Source of the DNA: Candidatus Magasanikiibacteriota bacterium
GTDB taxonomy: Bacteria; Patescibacteriota; Patescibacteriia; Magasanikbacterales; UBA922
Direction of reading: 5' to 3'
DNA: 56,288 nucleotides
Assembly: GCA_041675185.1 (NCBI GenBank)
Contig: JBAYUH010000003.1
Coordinates: forward strand, 1-56,288
Shown here: piece after piece, positions 23,607 through 32,530 of the stretch
Position numbering within the stretch: the first letter of the stretch is position 1
How the letters are laid out: every line of letters starts with the position of its first letter
The notes under the pieces: generated by a model
What the model was told of the DNA's origin: nothing
What the model saw: only the letters and a program-made list of their open reading frames with translations
The model's database searches: none
Position numbers and translations under genes: made by a program

Positions 23607-24971
23607 ATGCAAAATTTGATAGAAAAAGTTAAACGTTTTCCAACTGAACCTGGTATCTATTTATTCTACAATAAAACAAAAGAATTGATTTATATCGGGA
23701 AAGCAACATCTCTGCGCAATCGAGTACAGAGTTATTTTCGTGGTGCACGCTCAATGCGACCAATAGAACAAATGATGCATGAAGTGGTGGATATCAAAAT
23801 CAAACAAACTGATTCAGTCTTGGAAGCTGTGATTCTTGAAGCTAATTATATTAAGAAATTTTTACCAAAGTATAATGTCGAAGGTAAGGATGATAGAAGT
23901 TGGAACTATATTGTGGTTACTACTGATGAATTTTCTCAAGTCTTGTATATCAGACAACATGAAATGGATTTATTAAAACATAAAAACATAAAAACATTAA
24001 AACAAAGTGAAGAAAAGACCAATAAAAATAAAAGTGGTAAAATAAGTTCACTAAAACAGGTTAAGCATTTGTTTGGGCCATATCCCGGTTTGAAGACTAG
24101 AGAGATGATGAAGTTGTTGCAAAGATTATTTTTTATTTCTACTTGTAAGCCAGGACAAAAAAGAGAATGTCTGTATTATCAGATAGGTCAGTGTTTGGGA
24201 GTTTGCACGGGAGAAATAAGTTCAAGAGAATATAAAAGTAAAGTGATATTACCTCTGGTCACTTTTTTGCGTGGAGGCAAAAAGAAATTGATAAAAAGTC
24301 TAGAAATAAAAATGAGAAAGTTTTCGAAACAAGAAGACTTCGAAGAAGCTGGGCGTCTGCGTAATCAAATTAATTCTTTGTTAAAAATTCATGATATAGC
24401 TCTTTTAAACAAAACTTTTGTTGAGGATGACATTCGAATTACGAATGACCCGAATGTACGAATAAATAGAATAGAAGGATATGATATTTCTAATTTAGGG
24501 TCTACTGGTAAAGTAGGAAGTATGGTTGTGTTCGATGGTGTAGAAGCTCAGAAAAAAGATTATCGTAAATTCAAAATAAAAACAGTTGAAGGACAAAGTG
24601 ATGTAGATTGTTTGTGTGAAGTATTAGAGCGCAGATTAGCTCATGCTAACATTCGAATTTCGAATGACTCGAATGTACGAATTATAAATAAAAAAGATAT
24701 TTGGCCTTTGCCTGATATTTTTCTAATTGACGGTGGTAAGCCACAAGTAAGTGTTGCTATGTCTGTTTTAAAAAAATATAAACTAAATATTCCACTAGTT
24801 GGTATTGCCAAAGGTCCTGAACGTAAGAGAAATGATTTTATTTTTGGAAATAAAGATAGGGAATTTATAAAATTTGTAAATAATAATCAAGATCTTTTGA
24901 TCCGTGTTAGAGATGAAGCTCATAGATTTGCGATTACTTTTCAGAGGAGTTTACGTGGGATTAAAAGATAA
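23607..24971 (+). CDS. uvrC: excinuclease ABC subunit UvrC (short form, no C-terminal HhH domain)
   Basis: GIY-YIG (PGIYLFYNKTKELIYIGKATSLRNRVQSYF). UVR domain (QEDFEEAGRLRNQINSL). Endonuclease domain (RIEGYDISNLGSTGKVGSMVVF, LIDGGKPQV, RDEAHRFAI). The ATG at 23607 is preferred over the upstream TTG-extended ORF. Confidence 0.9.
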   Translation: MQNLIEKVKRFPTEPGIYLFYNKTKELIYIGKATSLRNRVQSYFRGARSMRPIEQMMHEVVDIKIKQTDSVLEAVILEANYIKKFLPKYNVEGKDDRSWNYIVVTTDEFSQVLYIRQHEMDLLKHKNIKTLKQSEEKTNKNKSGKISSLKQVKHLFGPYPGLKTREMMKLLQRLFFISTCKPGQKRECLYYQIGQCLGVCTGEISSREYKSKVILPLVTFLRGGKKKLIKSLEIKMRKFSKQEDFEEAGRLRNQINSLLKIHDIALLNKTFVEDDIRITNDPNVRINRIEGYDISNLGSTGKVGSMVVFDGVEAQKKDYRKFKIKTVEGQSDVDCLCEVLERRLAHANIRISNDSNVRIINKKDIWPLPDIFLIDGGKPQVSVAMSVLKKYKLNIPLVGIAKGPERKRNDFIFGNKDREFIKFVNNNQDLLIRVRDEAHRFAITFQRSLRGIKR

Positions 24972-25030
24972 AAGACTAAATAATTAGTTTCAAAAAATAT
25001 TGGCATATCTAAGCCAATTTTTTTGTTAAC

Positions 25031-25117
25031 TGTGGATATGTGGTGGATAAATGGGTTGAAGTGGTTGAAAAGGTTATTAAAGTGGTATATAATGGTTTCA
25101 AGTGGTAAAAAGTGGGG
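25031..25117 (+). promoter_or_regulatory. mraZ promoter (TTGAAA-17-TATAAT) embedded in a ~10-bp-periodic array of (A)AGTGG/TGGG boxes (candidate MraZ operator)
   Basis: -35 at 25065-25070 and -10 at 25088-25093. GTGG/TGG cores occur at about 25033, 25044, 25052, 25062, 25083, 25093, 25103 and 25113. Confidence 0.55.
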
Positions 25118-25193
25118 CCAGACTTCACTAAAGTTTCGTCTGGTAAAAAAAGATAAATAAAATGCTTGTCTATTTATCTATAAAAACATCATT

Positions 25194-25625
25194 ATGTTTA
25201 TTGGTGAATATCACCACAATCTTGATGACAAAGGACGACTTGCTGTTCCTAAGAAATTTCGAACAGAGTTGTCCAAAGGTGCAGTTGTAACTAGAGGTCT
25301 AGATAACTGTCTATTTTTGTATACCAAATCAGAATGGAAAATTTTGGCTGATAAATTGGCTAGCTTACCATTTTCACAAGCCAATAGTAGAGCTTTCTCC
25401 CGTCTGATGCTTGCTGGAGCTATGGATGTGACTATTGATAAACAAGGTCGTATCATTTTGCCAGATTATCTTCGTAACTTTGCTGGTCTCAAAAAGGAAG
25501 TGATTGTAGCCGGTCTGTACAACCGTCTAGAATTGTGGGATCAGAAAAGTTGGGAAGATTATAAGAAACGTACAGAAACTGAAAGTAATCAAATTGCTGA
25601 ACAGATGTTTGAACTGGGTGTTTAA
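25194..25625 (+). CDS. mraZ: transcriptional regulator MraZ
   Basis: MFIGEYHHNLDDKGRLAVPKKFR and a second DKQGRIILP repeat, giving two SpoVT-AbrB-like halves. Confidence 0.95.
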   Translation: MFIGEYHHNLDDKGRLAVPKKFRTELSKGAVVTRGLDNCLFLYTKSEWKILADKLASLPFSQANSRAFSRLMLAGAMDVTIDKQGRIILPDYLRNFAGLKKEVIVAGLYNRLELWDQKSWEDYKKRTETESNQIAEQMFELGV

Positions 25626-25717
25626 AATAAAGTAAAAAGTAAATAGAAAATAGTAAATAGAATATTTAATAATTCACTATTTACTGTTGTCTGTTTACTA
25701 TTTACTAATATGAAGTT

Positions 25718-26659
25718 ATGAGACATGTACCTGTATTATTAAAAGAAGTTCTTGATAATCTAAACCTGGAAGCAGGTAAGAATATTATCGATTGTACACT
25801 TGGTGATGCTGGACACTCTGAAAAGATTTTGGAACTCACCGGTCCAGATGGTAAATTACTTGGTATTGATGCTGATGTTGAAGCAATATTACGAACTAAA
25901 CAATTTTTGTATAAGTTTGATGAGAGAGTGATTTTCGCTCGGGATAATTTTGAAAATTTGGGCAAGATTGTCAAAGAAAATAAATTTGACAATGTTACTG
26001 GAATTTTGATCGACTTGGGTTGGTCTAGTCCACAGTTTGAAGAACGTGGAAGGGGATTTAGTTTCCTTAAAAAAGATGAAATGCTGGATATGCGTTATGA
26101 TACATATCTCAAGTGTGTACATGAAGCAACAAGTCTACCACATGGACCATGTAGTGCTACGGAACTATTGGATTTGAAAGATTATGAAGAATTAGAAGAA
26201 ATATTTCGTAAATATGGTGAAGAAAATTTGAGTCGTGAAATAGCCAAAGCAATTGTGGAAAAAAGAAAAGATTATACGATTGAAACAGTTGGAGATTTGG
26301 TAGATATTATTTTGGAAGTTTATAGAAAAAAATTAAAAACAGATAAAGAAATTCCTTGGGTAGGTGGGTTGCATCCAGCTACAAAAGTATTTCAAGCATT
26401 GCGTATCGCAGTCAATGATGAACTTGGAGTAATAGAAAGAGTTTTGCCACAAGCAGTAGAAATATTGCAAAGTGGTGGAAGGCTTGCTGTTATCACTTTT
26501 CACTCCACTGAAGATACAATTGTAAAACATTATTTCAAATCACAAAATAATAAAACAATTAAAATAATCACTAAAAAACCTGTCATTTGTAGTGAGCAAG
26601 AACGAGAAATAAATCCTCGTGCGCGCAGTGCCAAATTACGGGTAGTGGAAAAAATATAA
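25718..26659 (+). CDS. rsmH: 16S rRNA (cytosine1402-N4)-methyltransferase RsmH
   Basis: HVPVLLKEVL start, DCTLGDAGHS, DLGWSSPQ, HPATKVFQALRIAVNDEL and ITFHSTED motifs. Confidence 0.95.
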   Translation: MRHVPVLLKEVLDNLNLEAGKNIIDCTLGDAGHSEKILELTGPDGKLLGIDADVEAILRTKQFLYKFDERVIFARDNFENLGKIVKENKFDNVTGILIDLGWSSPQFEERGRGFSFLKKDEMLDMRYDTYLKCVHEATSLPHGPCSATELLDLKDYEELEEIFRKYGEENLSREIAKAIVEKRKDYTIETVGDLVDIILEVYRKKLKTDKEIPWVGGLHPATKVFQALRIAVNDELGVIERVLPQAVEILQSGGRLAVITFHSTEDTIVKHYFKSQNNKTIKIITKKPVICSEQEREINPRARSAKLRVVEKI

Positions 26660-26662
26660 TTT

Positions 26663-27007
26663 ATGAATTCCTACCTAGAAAAAAAACAAACTTTACGTGA
26701 AAAGAAAGAAGCTTTGAATAAATTATTATTTAGTACTTCTTTCCGTGTGTCAGTTGGTATTTTTATTCTTATTTTTGGAGTGTTGTATATTTTGAAAACT
26801 ACATCTGTCTCTACCAAAGGTTATATGATCAGTGATTTGGAAAGACAAGTGGCCAATTTGGAATATGAAAATAGAAAAATGGATGTAACTGTGGCAAAAT
26901 TGAAATCTATGCAAAGTTTGCAAGAAAGAATTTCTAATACAGATTTAGTGGCTGTAGCTAATGTGGATTATTTAAATATTTTGGATGGTTCAGTGGCTGT
27001 AAGATAA
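26663..27007 (+). CDS. ftsL: FtsL-like cell-division protein
   Basis: Small bitopic protein (TM VSVGIFILIFGVLYIL) followed by a coiled coil. It sits immediately after rsmH. Confidence 0.65.
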   Translation: MNSYLEKKQTLREKKEALNKLLFSTSFRVSVGIFILIFGVLYILKTTSVSTKGYMISDLERQVANLEYENRKMDVTVAKLKSMQSLQERISNTDLVAVANVDYLNILDGSVAVR

Positions 27008-27010
27008 TGA

Positions 27011-27052
27011 GTCAAAAGTCCATAAAGTCCATAAAGTCCATAAAGTCAAAAG
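27011..27052 (+). repeat. tandem 9-nt word array (gtcaaaagt / ccataaagt x3 / caaaagt)
   Basis: Read directly from the sequence. It is followed by a small terminator hairpin, cacgta/tacgtg, at 27057-27084. Confidence 0.85.
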
Positions 27053-27127
27053 TATTCACGTAGCTTGTCTGTTACGTGTTTTTGTTTTTTGTGGTATAAT
27101 TAAATTAATTAATTTTTGATTTGAGTT

Positions 27128-27490
27128 ATGTTTGTACTATTGTTACAACGAATGTTGATCGAGTTTATTTTAGATTTTTTTTATTTTCCTATTTGGTGGT
27201 ATACCGATGGTGCGAGAAGAGTACTAATGTTTTGCGTTAATATGATAAAAGAAGTCAATGCCATGATGTCTCCTGGTCTTTGGTTGAAAAATATTTTTGT
27301 ACCGATGTTTGGTCAATATGATTTTCAAGGTCGTCTGGTAAGTGTGTTTGTAAGATTTTTAAATATTATTTTTAGAACGATTGGTCTTTTGGTTTGGGTG
27401 ATTTTGGTTATTGTTTTATTTTTTATTTGGATTTTGTTGCCAATGGGTGTTTTATATTTTTTGATTGATTCTGTGATATCTATAGTTTAG
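27128..27490 (+). CDS. hypothetical membrane protein
   Basis: 120 aa with two or three hydrophobic helices. No family recognised. Confidence 0.5.
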   Translation: MFVLLLQRMLIEFILDFFYFPIWWYTDGARRVLMFCVNMIKEVNAMMSPGLWLKNIFVPMFGQYDFQGRLVSVFVRFLNIIFRTIGLLVWVILVIVLFFIWILLPMGVLYFLIDSVISIV

Positions 27491-27509
27491 ATTAAAAAAT
27501 AATTTTATT

Positions 27510-30269
27510 ATGATTTTTGTAAAAAATGAAAAAATAAATATTGTTGTCTGTGACAAATGTCAGGGTACTGGTTTTTTGCAATTTCGTAATTGTCCGAATT
27601 GTAAAAAAATGCATGCAGGATTTTTTTATAACAATCTCTTTATTTATTTTGGTCAGTCTTTGACACTTTATAATATTAAGTTGCACAAAGCAAGAAAAAT
27701 TTTGAATTTTGTGAGGATTTTGTCGGCTTTGGTGTTTTGGTTAGGTTTTTGGGCTTTGCTTGTATATAGTGTTTGGCAAACTGACAAAAATATAAATAAA
27801 ATTTTGACAGCCTCCTTTTGGTTTGATGGTAGGGAAAAAATACGTATTTTATTTTGGCTTGGTTTTGTGGCAATGACTTATTTATTTTATAGGATTACTG
27901 TTCAAAATCCTGTAAAAAAAGATATAGATTATAATTTTTTGAAAAAAAATGTTGATAAGAAAAATAATATTACAGCAACCAATTGGTTGGATATAAAAAA
28001 GATCTCACACAAAAACAAATTTGATTTTAGTAATTTTTTGACTGAAAATACTAATGAAGTTTTGCAACAAAGTTTTTTGTTTGCTAGAAGTAAAAAAAAT
28101 TCGGAGATTACTCCTCTACATATTTTTTATACTTTACTTTCATCCGACGAAATTATTGGTATTTTTGTGCGCTTGGGAATTTCTATTCAAAATTTGAAAT
28201 CAAGAGTTGGTCTATTGATAAGTAAAACAAAGAAAACAGATTTGGAAAACAAATATTTTGGTGATGATTTTTGGCAAATTATTTTTAATACTTTTGTCAT
28301 ATCTGCTAATTTCAAAGATATTTCTATTCGTACCAGTGAATTGCTTTTGGCGACTGTGCGACAATCAGAAAGTTTGCAAGAAATTTTGTATGATTTGGGT
28401 GTGGAAAATCAGAAATTAGACAATGTTGTAGAATGGGTAAGAAATAGAGAATATTTTTATGATCAATATCGTAAATTTAGACGAGCTGCTAGTGGTGTGA
28501 GTAAATATGGTATGGACAAAGCAATGACTTCGGTAGCAACTCCATTTATGAATGCTTATAGTAAAGATCTTACTCTTTTTGCGAAATATGGGCATTTGTC
28601 ACAGTGTGTAGCTAGAGAAAAAGAAATAGAAGAAATATTCAATATTATTGAAGCTGGTAGTGAAAATGTTATTTTGGTAGGTGAACATGGTGTCGGTAAA
28701 ATGGCAATCATTGAGGGAATTGTGCAAAAAATGATTTCAGGTGAGGCTCCAAAAAAATTGTTAGATAAAAGATTTGTACAGATTTCTACTTCATCACTTA
28801 TGGCTGGTACGACTGTTGCTGGAGCTCAACAAAGACTTATTAAAATTATGAATGAAGTATCTCATGCCAAAAATATTATTTTGTTTATAAATAATTTGCA
28901 TGATTTGACAGGGATGAATAGTGGTCAGGGTGGGCAAAGTATGGATGTGTCAGAAACTTTGGCTGAATATTTGAGTAGTGGTAATTTTACAATGTTTGCA
29001 ACATCTTTGCCTGAAGGTTATAATCGTCACATTGTAAATAGTGAAATTGGCACAGTCTTTGCCAAAGTAAGTATTAGCGAAATGAATGCAGATCAAGCTA
29101 TAAGTGTATTAGAATCAAAAGCTGGGGAAATAGAATACAAAAATAAAATATTTTTTTCTTATGATTCATTGGCTAAGTGTGTAACATTGACAGACAAATT
29201 TTTCTTTGATCAAAATTTGCCAGCTAGTGCTATTGCGCTTTTGTTAGAAGTCGGAAATTTTGTAAAAAATAAAAAAGGACAAAATACTTTGGTGTTTGCT
29301 GAGGATGTGGCTGAAGTAGTAGCTAACAAGACTGGTATACCTGTAGCTAGTATTACTGAAAATGAGTCAGACAAACTAATGCGTCTAGAACAAGAAATGC
29401 ACAAACACGTTGTCGGACAAGATTTAGCAGTAGAGCTTGTATCAAATGCTTTGCGTCGTGCTAGGGCAGAAATAAGATCACAAAAACGTCCTATTGCGAA
29501 TTTTCTTTTTCTTGGACCTACTGGTGTTGGTAAAACAGAATTAGCCAAAACTATAGCTGAGGTTTACTTCGGTGGAGAAGACAAAATGATTAGAATGGAT
29601 ATGAGTGAATATCAAGACACCAATAGTATTTATCGTATGATTGGTCAACCTGGTCAACAAGGGACTGGATTACTCACTGAAGCTGTGCGACAAAAACCTT
29701 TCTCACTTGTTCTTTTGGATGAACTTGAAAAAGCCAACAAAGATGTTCTCAATTTGTTTTTGCAAGTTTTTGATGACGGACGTCTGACTGATAGTGTTGG
29801 ACGTGTCATAGATTTTACTAGTACTATTATTATTGCTACTTCCAATGCTGGTACTAGCTATGTACAATCACAAATGAATAATAATGTAGATTTAGATACT
29901 ATCAAGAATAGTTTGATTCATGGAGAACTAATGCAATATTATCGTCCTGAATTTCTTAATCGTTTTGATGGTATAGTACTTTTCAAAGCTTTGAATCGTG
30001 AAGAAATAAAACAAATTGCAGGACTTATGCTCAAAAGTATTGCTAAGGATTTGGAAGCTCGTGGTGTAGAATTACGTGTGGAAGATTCTGCTCTTGAAGC
30101 TTTGGCTGATGTAGGTTTTGATCCAGAATTTGGAGCTAGACCAATGAGAAGAGCTATCCAAGATAGAATAGAAAATAGACTAGCTGAATTGATTTTGCAA
30201 AATAAATTACAAAGAAGAGACACCATTATACTTGGAGATGCTTGTCAGATTAGTGTAAAGCATGGTTAG
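27510..30269 (+). CDS. membrane-anchored Clp/Hsp100-family AAA+ ATPase with N-terminal zinc ribbon and degenerate first nucleotide-binding domain
   Basis: CDKCQGTG...CPNC zinc-ribbon. Two TM helices. Two Clp_N-like repeats. NBD1 reads GEHGVGKMA and ILFINNLHDL (Walker B DE replaced by NN). NBD2 is intact (GPTGVGKTELAK, LVLLDELEKA, GARPMRR). Confidence 0.85.
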   Translation: MIFVKNEKINIVVCDKCQGTGFLQFRNCPNCKKMHAGFFYNNLFIYFGQSLTLYNIKLHKARKILNFVRILSALVFWLGFWALLVYSVWQTDKNINKILTASFWFDGREKIRILFWLGFVAMTYLFYRITVQNPVKKDIDYNFLKKNVDKKNNITATNWLDIKKISHKNKFDFSNFLTENTNEVLQQSFLFARSKKNSEITPLHIFYTLLSSDEIIGIFVRLGISIQNLKSRVGLLISKTKKTDLENKYFGDDFWQIIFNTFVISANFKDISIRTSELLLATVRQSESLQEILYDLGVENQKLDNVVEWVRNREYFYDQYRKFRRAASGVSKYGMDKAMTSVATPFMNAYSKDLTLFAKYGHLSQCVAREKEIEEIFNIIEAGSENVILVGEHGVGKMAIIEGIVQKMISGEAPKKLLDKRFVQISTSSLMAGTTVAGAQQRLIKIMNEVSHAKNIILFINNLHDLTGMNSGQGGQSMDVSETLAEYLSSGNFTMFATSLPEGYNRHIVNSEIGTVFAKVSISEMNADQAISVLESKAGEIEYKNKIFFSYDSLAKCVTLTDKFFFDQNLPASAIALLLEVGNFVKNKKGQNTLVFAEDVAEVVANKTGIPVASITENESDKLMRLEQEMHKHVVGQDLAVELVSNALRRARAEIRSQKRPIANFLFLGPTGVGKTELAKTIAEVYFGGEDKMIRMDMSEYQDTNSIYRMIGQPGQQGTGLLTEAVRQKPFSLVLLDELEKANKDVLNLFLQVFDDGRLTDSVGRVIDFTSTIIIATSNAGTSYVQSQMNNNVDLDTIKNSLIHGELMQYYRPEFLNRFDGIVLFKALNREEIKQIAGLMLKSIAKDLEARGVELRVEDSALEALADVGFDPEFGARPMRRAIQDRIENRLAELILQNKLQRRDTIILGDACQISVKHG

Positions 30270-30309
30270 ACACTGGTTATGCTTATTTTAAAAGATTGTA
30301 CTGATAAAA

Positions 30310-30348
30310 ATCAACCCCGCCCTTCTCGAATGGCGGGGTTGATTTTTT
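30310..30348 (+). terminator. rho-independent terminator
   Basis: atcaaccccgcc (30310-30321) pairs perfectly with ggcggggttgat (30332-30343). TTTTTT follows. Confidence 0.85.
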
Positions 30349-30394
30349 GCTAATTTTTGCTATAATATCTGCGGTTTATAAAAGAAAATTAATT

Positions 30395-31309
30395 ATGCAA
30401 AATAAAGAATTAAGAAAGAAAATTGAAAATTATCTATATATTTACGAACATCCTGGTAGAGTAGTGTTGTCAAAAAAATATCCAAAATTACAAAAACCAA
30501 TTATTTTTGTTCGTTATCTTTTGAGGAATATCCAAAATTTTTTTGATTGGCGTTTGCAAACCAAAAAAAGTGTAAAATATTTTGAAAATGTAATAGCTCG
30601 TCATCAATCTCTATTACGTCGTAAACTCGGAGTAAGTAATCCACGTTTACAAGAACAAAAAATAACTAATCTAAAACAAGCAATCAAGAAATTGGATGGT
30701 GTAATTATTCCGCCAGGAAAAATATTTTCTTTGTGGAAAATTGTTGGTAAACCTAGGTATGAAGATGGTTATGTCGATGGGATGTTACTTTCAGGTGGAG
30801 AAATCAGTGAGGGTTTGGGTGGTGGTTTGTGTCAGTTGTCAAATTTTTTGTATTGGATTTTTCTTCACTCACCAACTGAGATAATAGAACGTCATCATCA
30901 TTCAAAAGATGTTTTTCCTGATTCTGGACGTACCTTGCCTTTTGGTAGTGGAGCAACTATTTTTTATAATTTTGTAGATTTGAAAGTAAGAAATGTTTCA
31001 AAATTTCCTTTACAAATAAAAATTTGGCTAACTGATGAACATCTAAAAGGGCAAATATTGAATAATGGTAAAATAATGGAAAAAATACATATTTTTGAAA
31101 AAAATCATTTGTTTATTAAAAAAGGTAATAAATATTTTCGTTACAATGAAATATTTAGAGAAGTACAAATTGATGGTAAAATCATAAAGACTGAAGAAGT
31201 GACTACTAATTTTGCGCCAGTTTTATATAAAGTTGATGAAGAATATTTACAAAATAATAATTTTGAAGTTTGGGACATTGATTTCACAGATTATATCAGA
31301 TTGCACTGA
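30395..31309 (+). CDS. VanW family protein
   Basis: VanW-like core (GKIFSLWKIVGKP...GYVDGMLL...GGGLCQLSNFLYW). The ATG at 30395 is preferred because the TTG-extended start overlaps the terminator T-run. Confidence 0.8.
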   Translation: MQNKELRKKIENYLYIYEHPGRVVLSKKYPKLQKPIIFVRYLLRNIQNFFDWRLQTKKSVKYFENVIARHQSLLRRKLGVSNPRLQEQKITNLKQAIKKLDGVIIPPGKIFSLWKIVGKPRYEDGYVDGMLLSGGEISEGLGGGLCQLSNFLYWIFLHSPTEIIERHHHSKDVFPDSGRTLPFGSGATIFYNFVDLKVRNVSKFPLQIKIWLTDEHLKGQILNNGKIMEKIHIFEKNHLFIKKGNKYFRYNEIFREVQIDGKIIKTEEVTTNFAPVLYKVDEEYLQNNNFEVWDIDFTDYIRLH

Positions 31310-31365
31310 TTAAGGGTTAGTTTGTTTTTTGTACATTTTTTGCTATACTTTGTTTAGAAATTCAT

Positions 31366-32433
31366 ATGATTATCTATTTATTTTATTTTGGTTTTACTTT
31401 TCTTGTCTCTGTAGTGACAACTTTTTTTGTGACTATACTTATGAGAAAGTGTGGTATAGTGGACAAAGCTGGTAAGGAAAAAAGAAAAATTCACAAGAAA
31501 ACTATTGCGCTTGGTGGGGGATTAGCTATATTTTTTAGTTTTTTCTTGTCAGTTTTATTAACCTGGTTTTTGACTGATAATTTCACTTATGAAATTGTTG
31601 GGCGTAATTTGTTGGGATTATTTTTTGGTTCTTTGATTTTGGTTATTGGTGGAATTTTGGATGATAAATATAATTTGAGACCTAAATTACAAATAGTTTT
31701 TCCTATTTTGGCAACTTTGGTTATCATTTTTTCTGGTATTGGTCCACATGTTATCTCCAATCCTTTTGGTGGAATTATTAGACTTGATTTTTGGAAAATT
31801 AGTCTTGGTAATCTTGGTGTATTTGTAGTAGTGGCTGATTTGTTAGTTTTCTTTTGGCTTATGGGTATGATGTTTACTACCAAGTTTCTTGACGGTCTTG
31901 ATGGTTTGGTTTCGGGGATTGTGATTATTGGTGCTTTGGTTCTTTTCTTTTTTTCTTTACAAACACAATGGTATCAGCCTGATGTAGCGATGCTGGCTAT
32001 AATTTTGACTGGAGCTACATTGGGATTTTTAGTTTGGAATTGGTTTCCAGCCAAAATATTTCTTGGTGAAGGTGGTAGTTTGTTAACAGGATTTTTATTG
32101 GGTAGTCTGGCTATAATTTCTGGTGGGAAATTGGCAATTACTCTTTTGGTAATGGCTGTACCTGTTTTGGATGTGGGAAGAGTGATAATCAAACGTATAA
32201 GAAACAAAAAACCAATTTATATTGGCGACAATGAACATTTACATTTTCGTTTGTTGGAAAGTGGACTAAGTCAGAAACAAGCTGTATTATTATTATATAG
32301 TATTTCATTTTTGTTTGGTCTTTCAGCTTTGTTTTTGCAAAGTAAACAAAAATTATTTTCTTTAATTTTTCTTTTTGTGGTGATGTTGCTTTTGGGTATT
32401 TGGTTTAGTAAAAAGAAGTTGAAGAATGTGTAG
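31366..32433 (+). CDS. glycosyltransferase family 4 polyprenyl-phosphate sugar-1-phosphate transferase (WecA/MraY family)
   Basis: About 10 TM helices. DDKYNL, FLDGLDGL and NWFPAKIFLGEGGS motifs. Confidence 0.85.
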   Translation: MIIYLFYFGFTFLVSVVTTFFVTILMRKCGIVDKAGKEKRKIHKKTIALGGGLAIFFSFFLSVLLTWFLTDNFTYEIVGRNLLGLFFGSLILVIGGILDDKYNLRPKLQIVFPILATLVIIFSGIGPHVISNPFGGIIRLDFWKISLGNLGVFVVVADLLVFFWLMGMMFTTKFLDGLDGLVSGIVIIGALVLFFFSLQTQWYQPDVAMLAIILTGATLGFLVWNWFPAKIFLGEGGSLLTGFLLGSLAIISGGKLAITLLVMAVPVLDVGRVIIKRIRNKKPIYIGDNEHLHFRLLESGLSQKQAVLLLYSISFLFGLSALFLQSKQKLFSLIFLFVVMLLLGIWFSKKKLKNV

Positions 32434-32530
32434 TGAGGAATGGGGGACGGGGAATGAGGAATGTGGAATGTAATTGATTTAGATTTTTAAAATTGTTTTT
32501 TATTTTGTTTGTTATCTATATACTTATATT

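Noticed and set aside
25031-25050. Two near-consensus DnaA boxes (tgtggatat, ggtggataa versus TGTGGATAA), suggesting an origin.
   Set aside because: Only two 8/9 matches were found. They form part of the 10-bp phased GTGG array upstream of mraZ. There is no dnaA/dnaN nearby and no AT-rich unwinding element distinct from the background.
27011-27052. Tandem short repeats here and in other spacers, considered as a possible CRISPR array.
   Set aside because: The period is only 9 nt with no unique spacers, the repeats are degenerate, and no cas genes are present. These are microsatellite-like word arrays.
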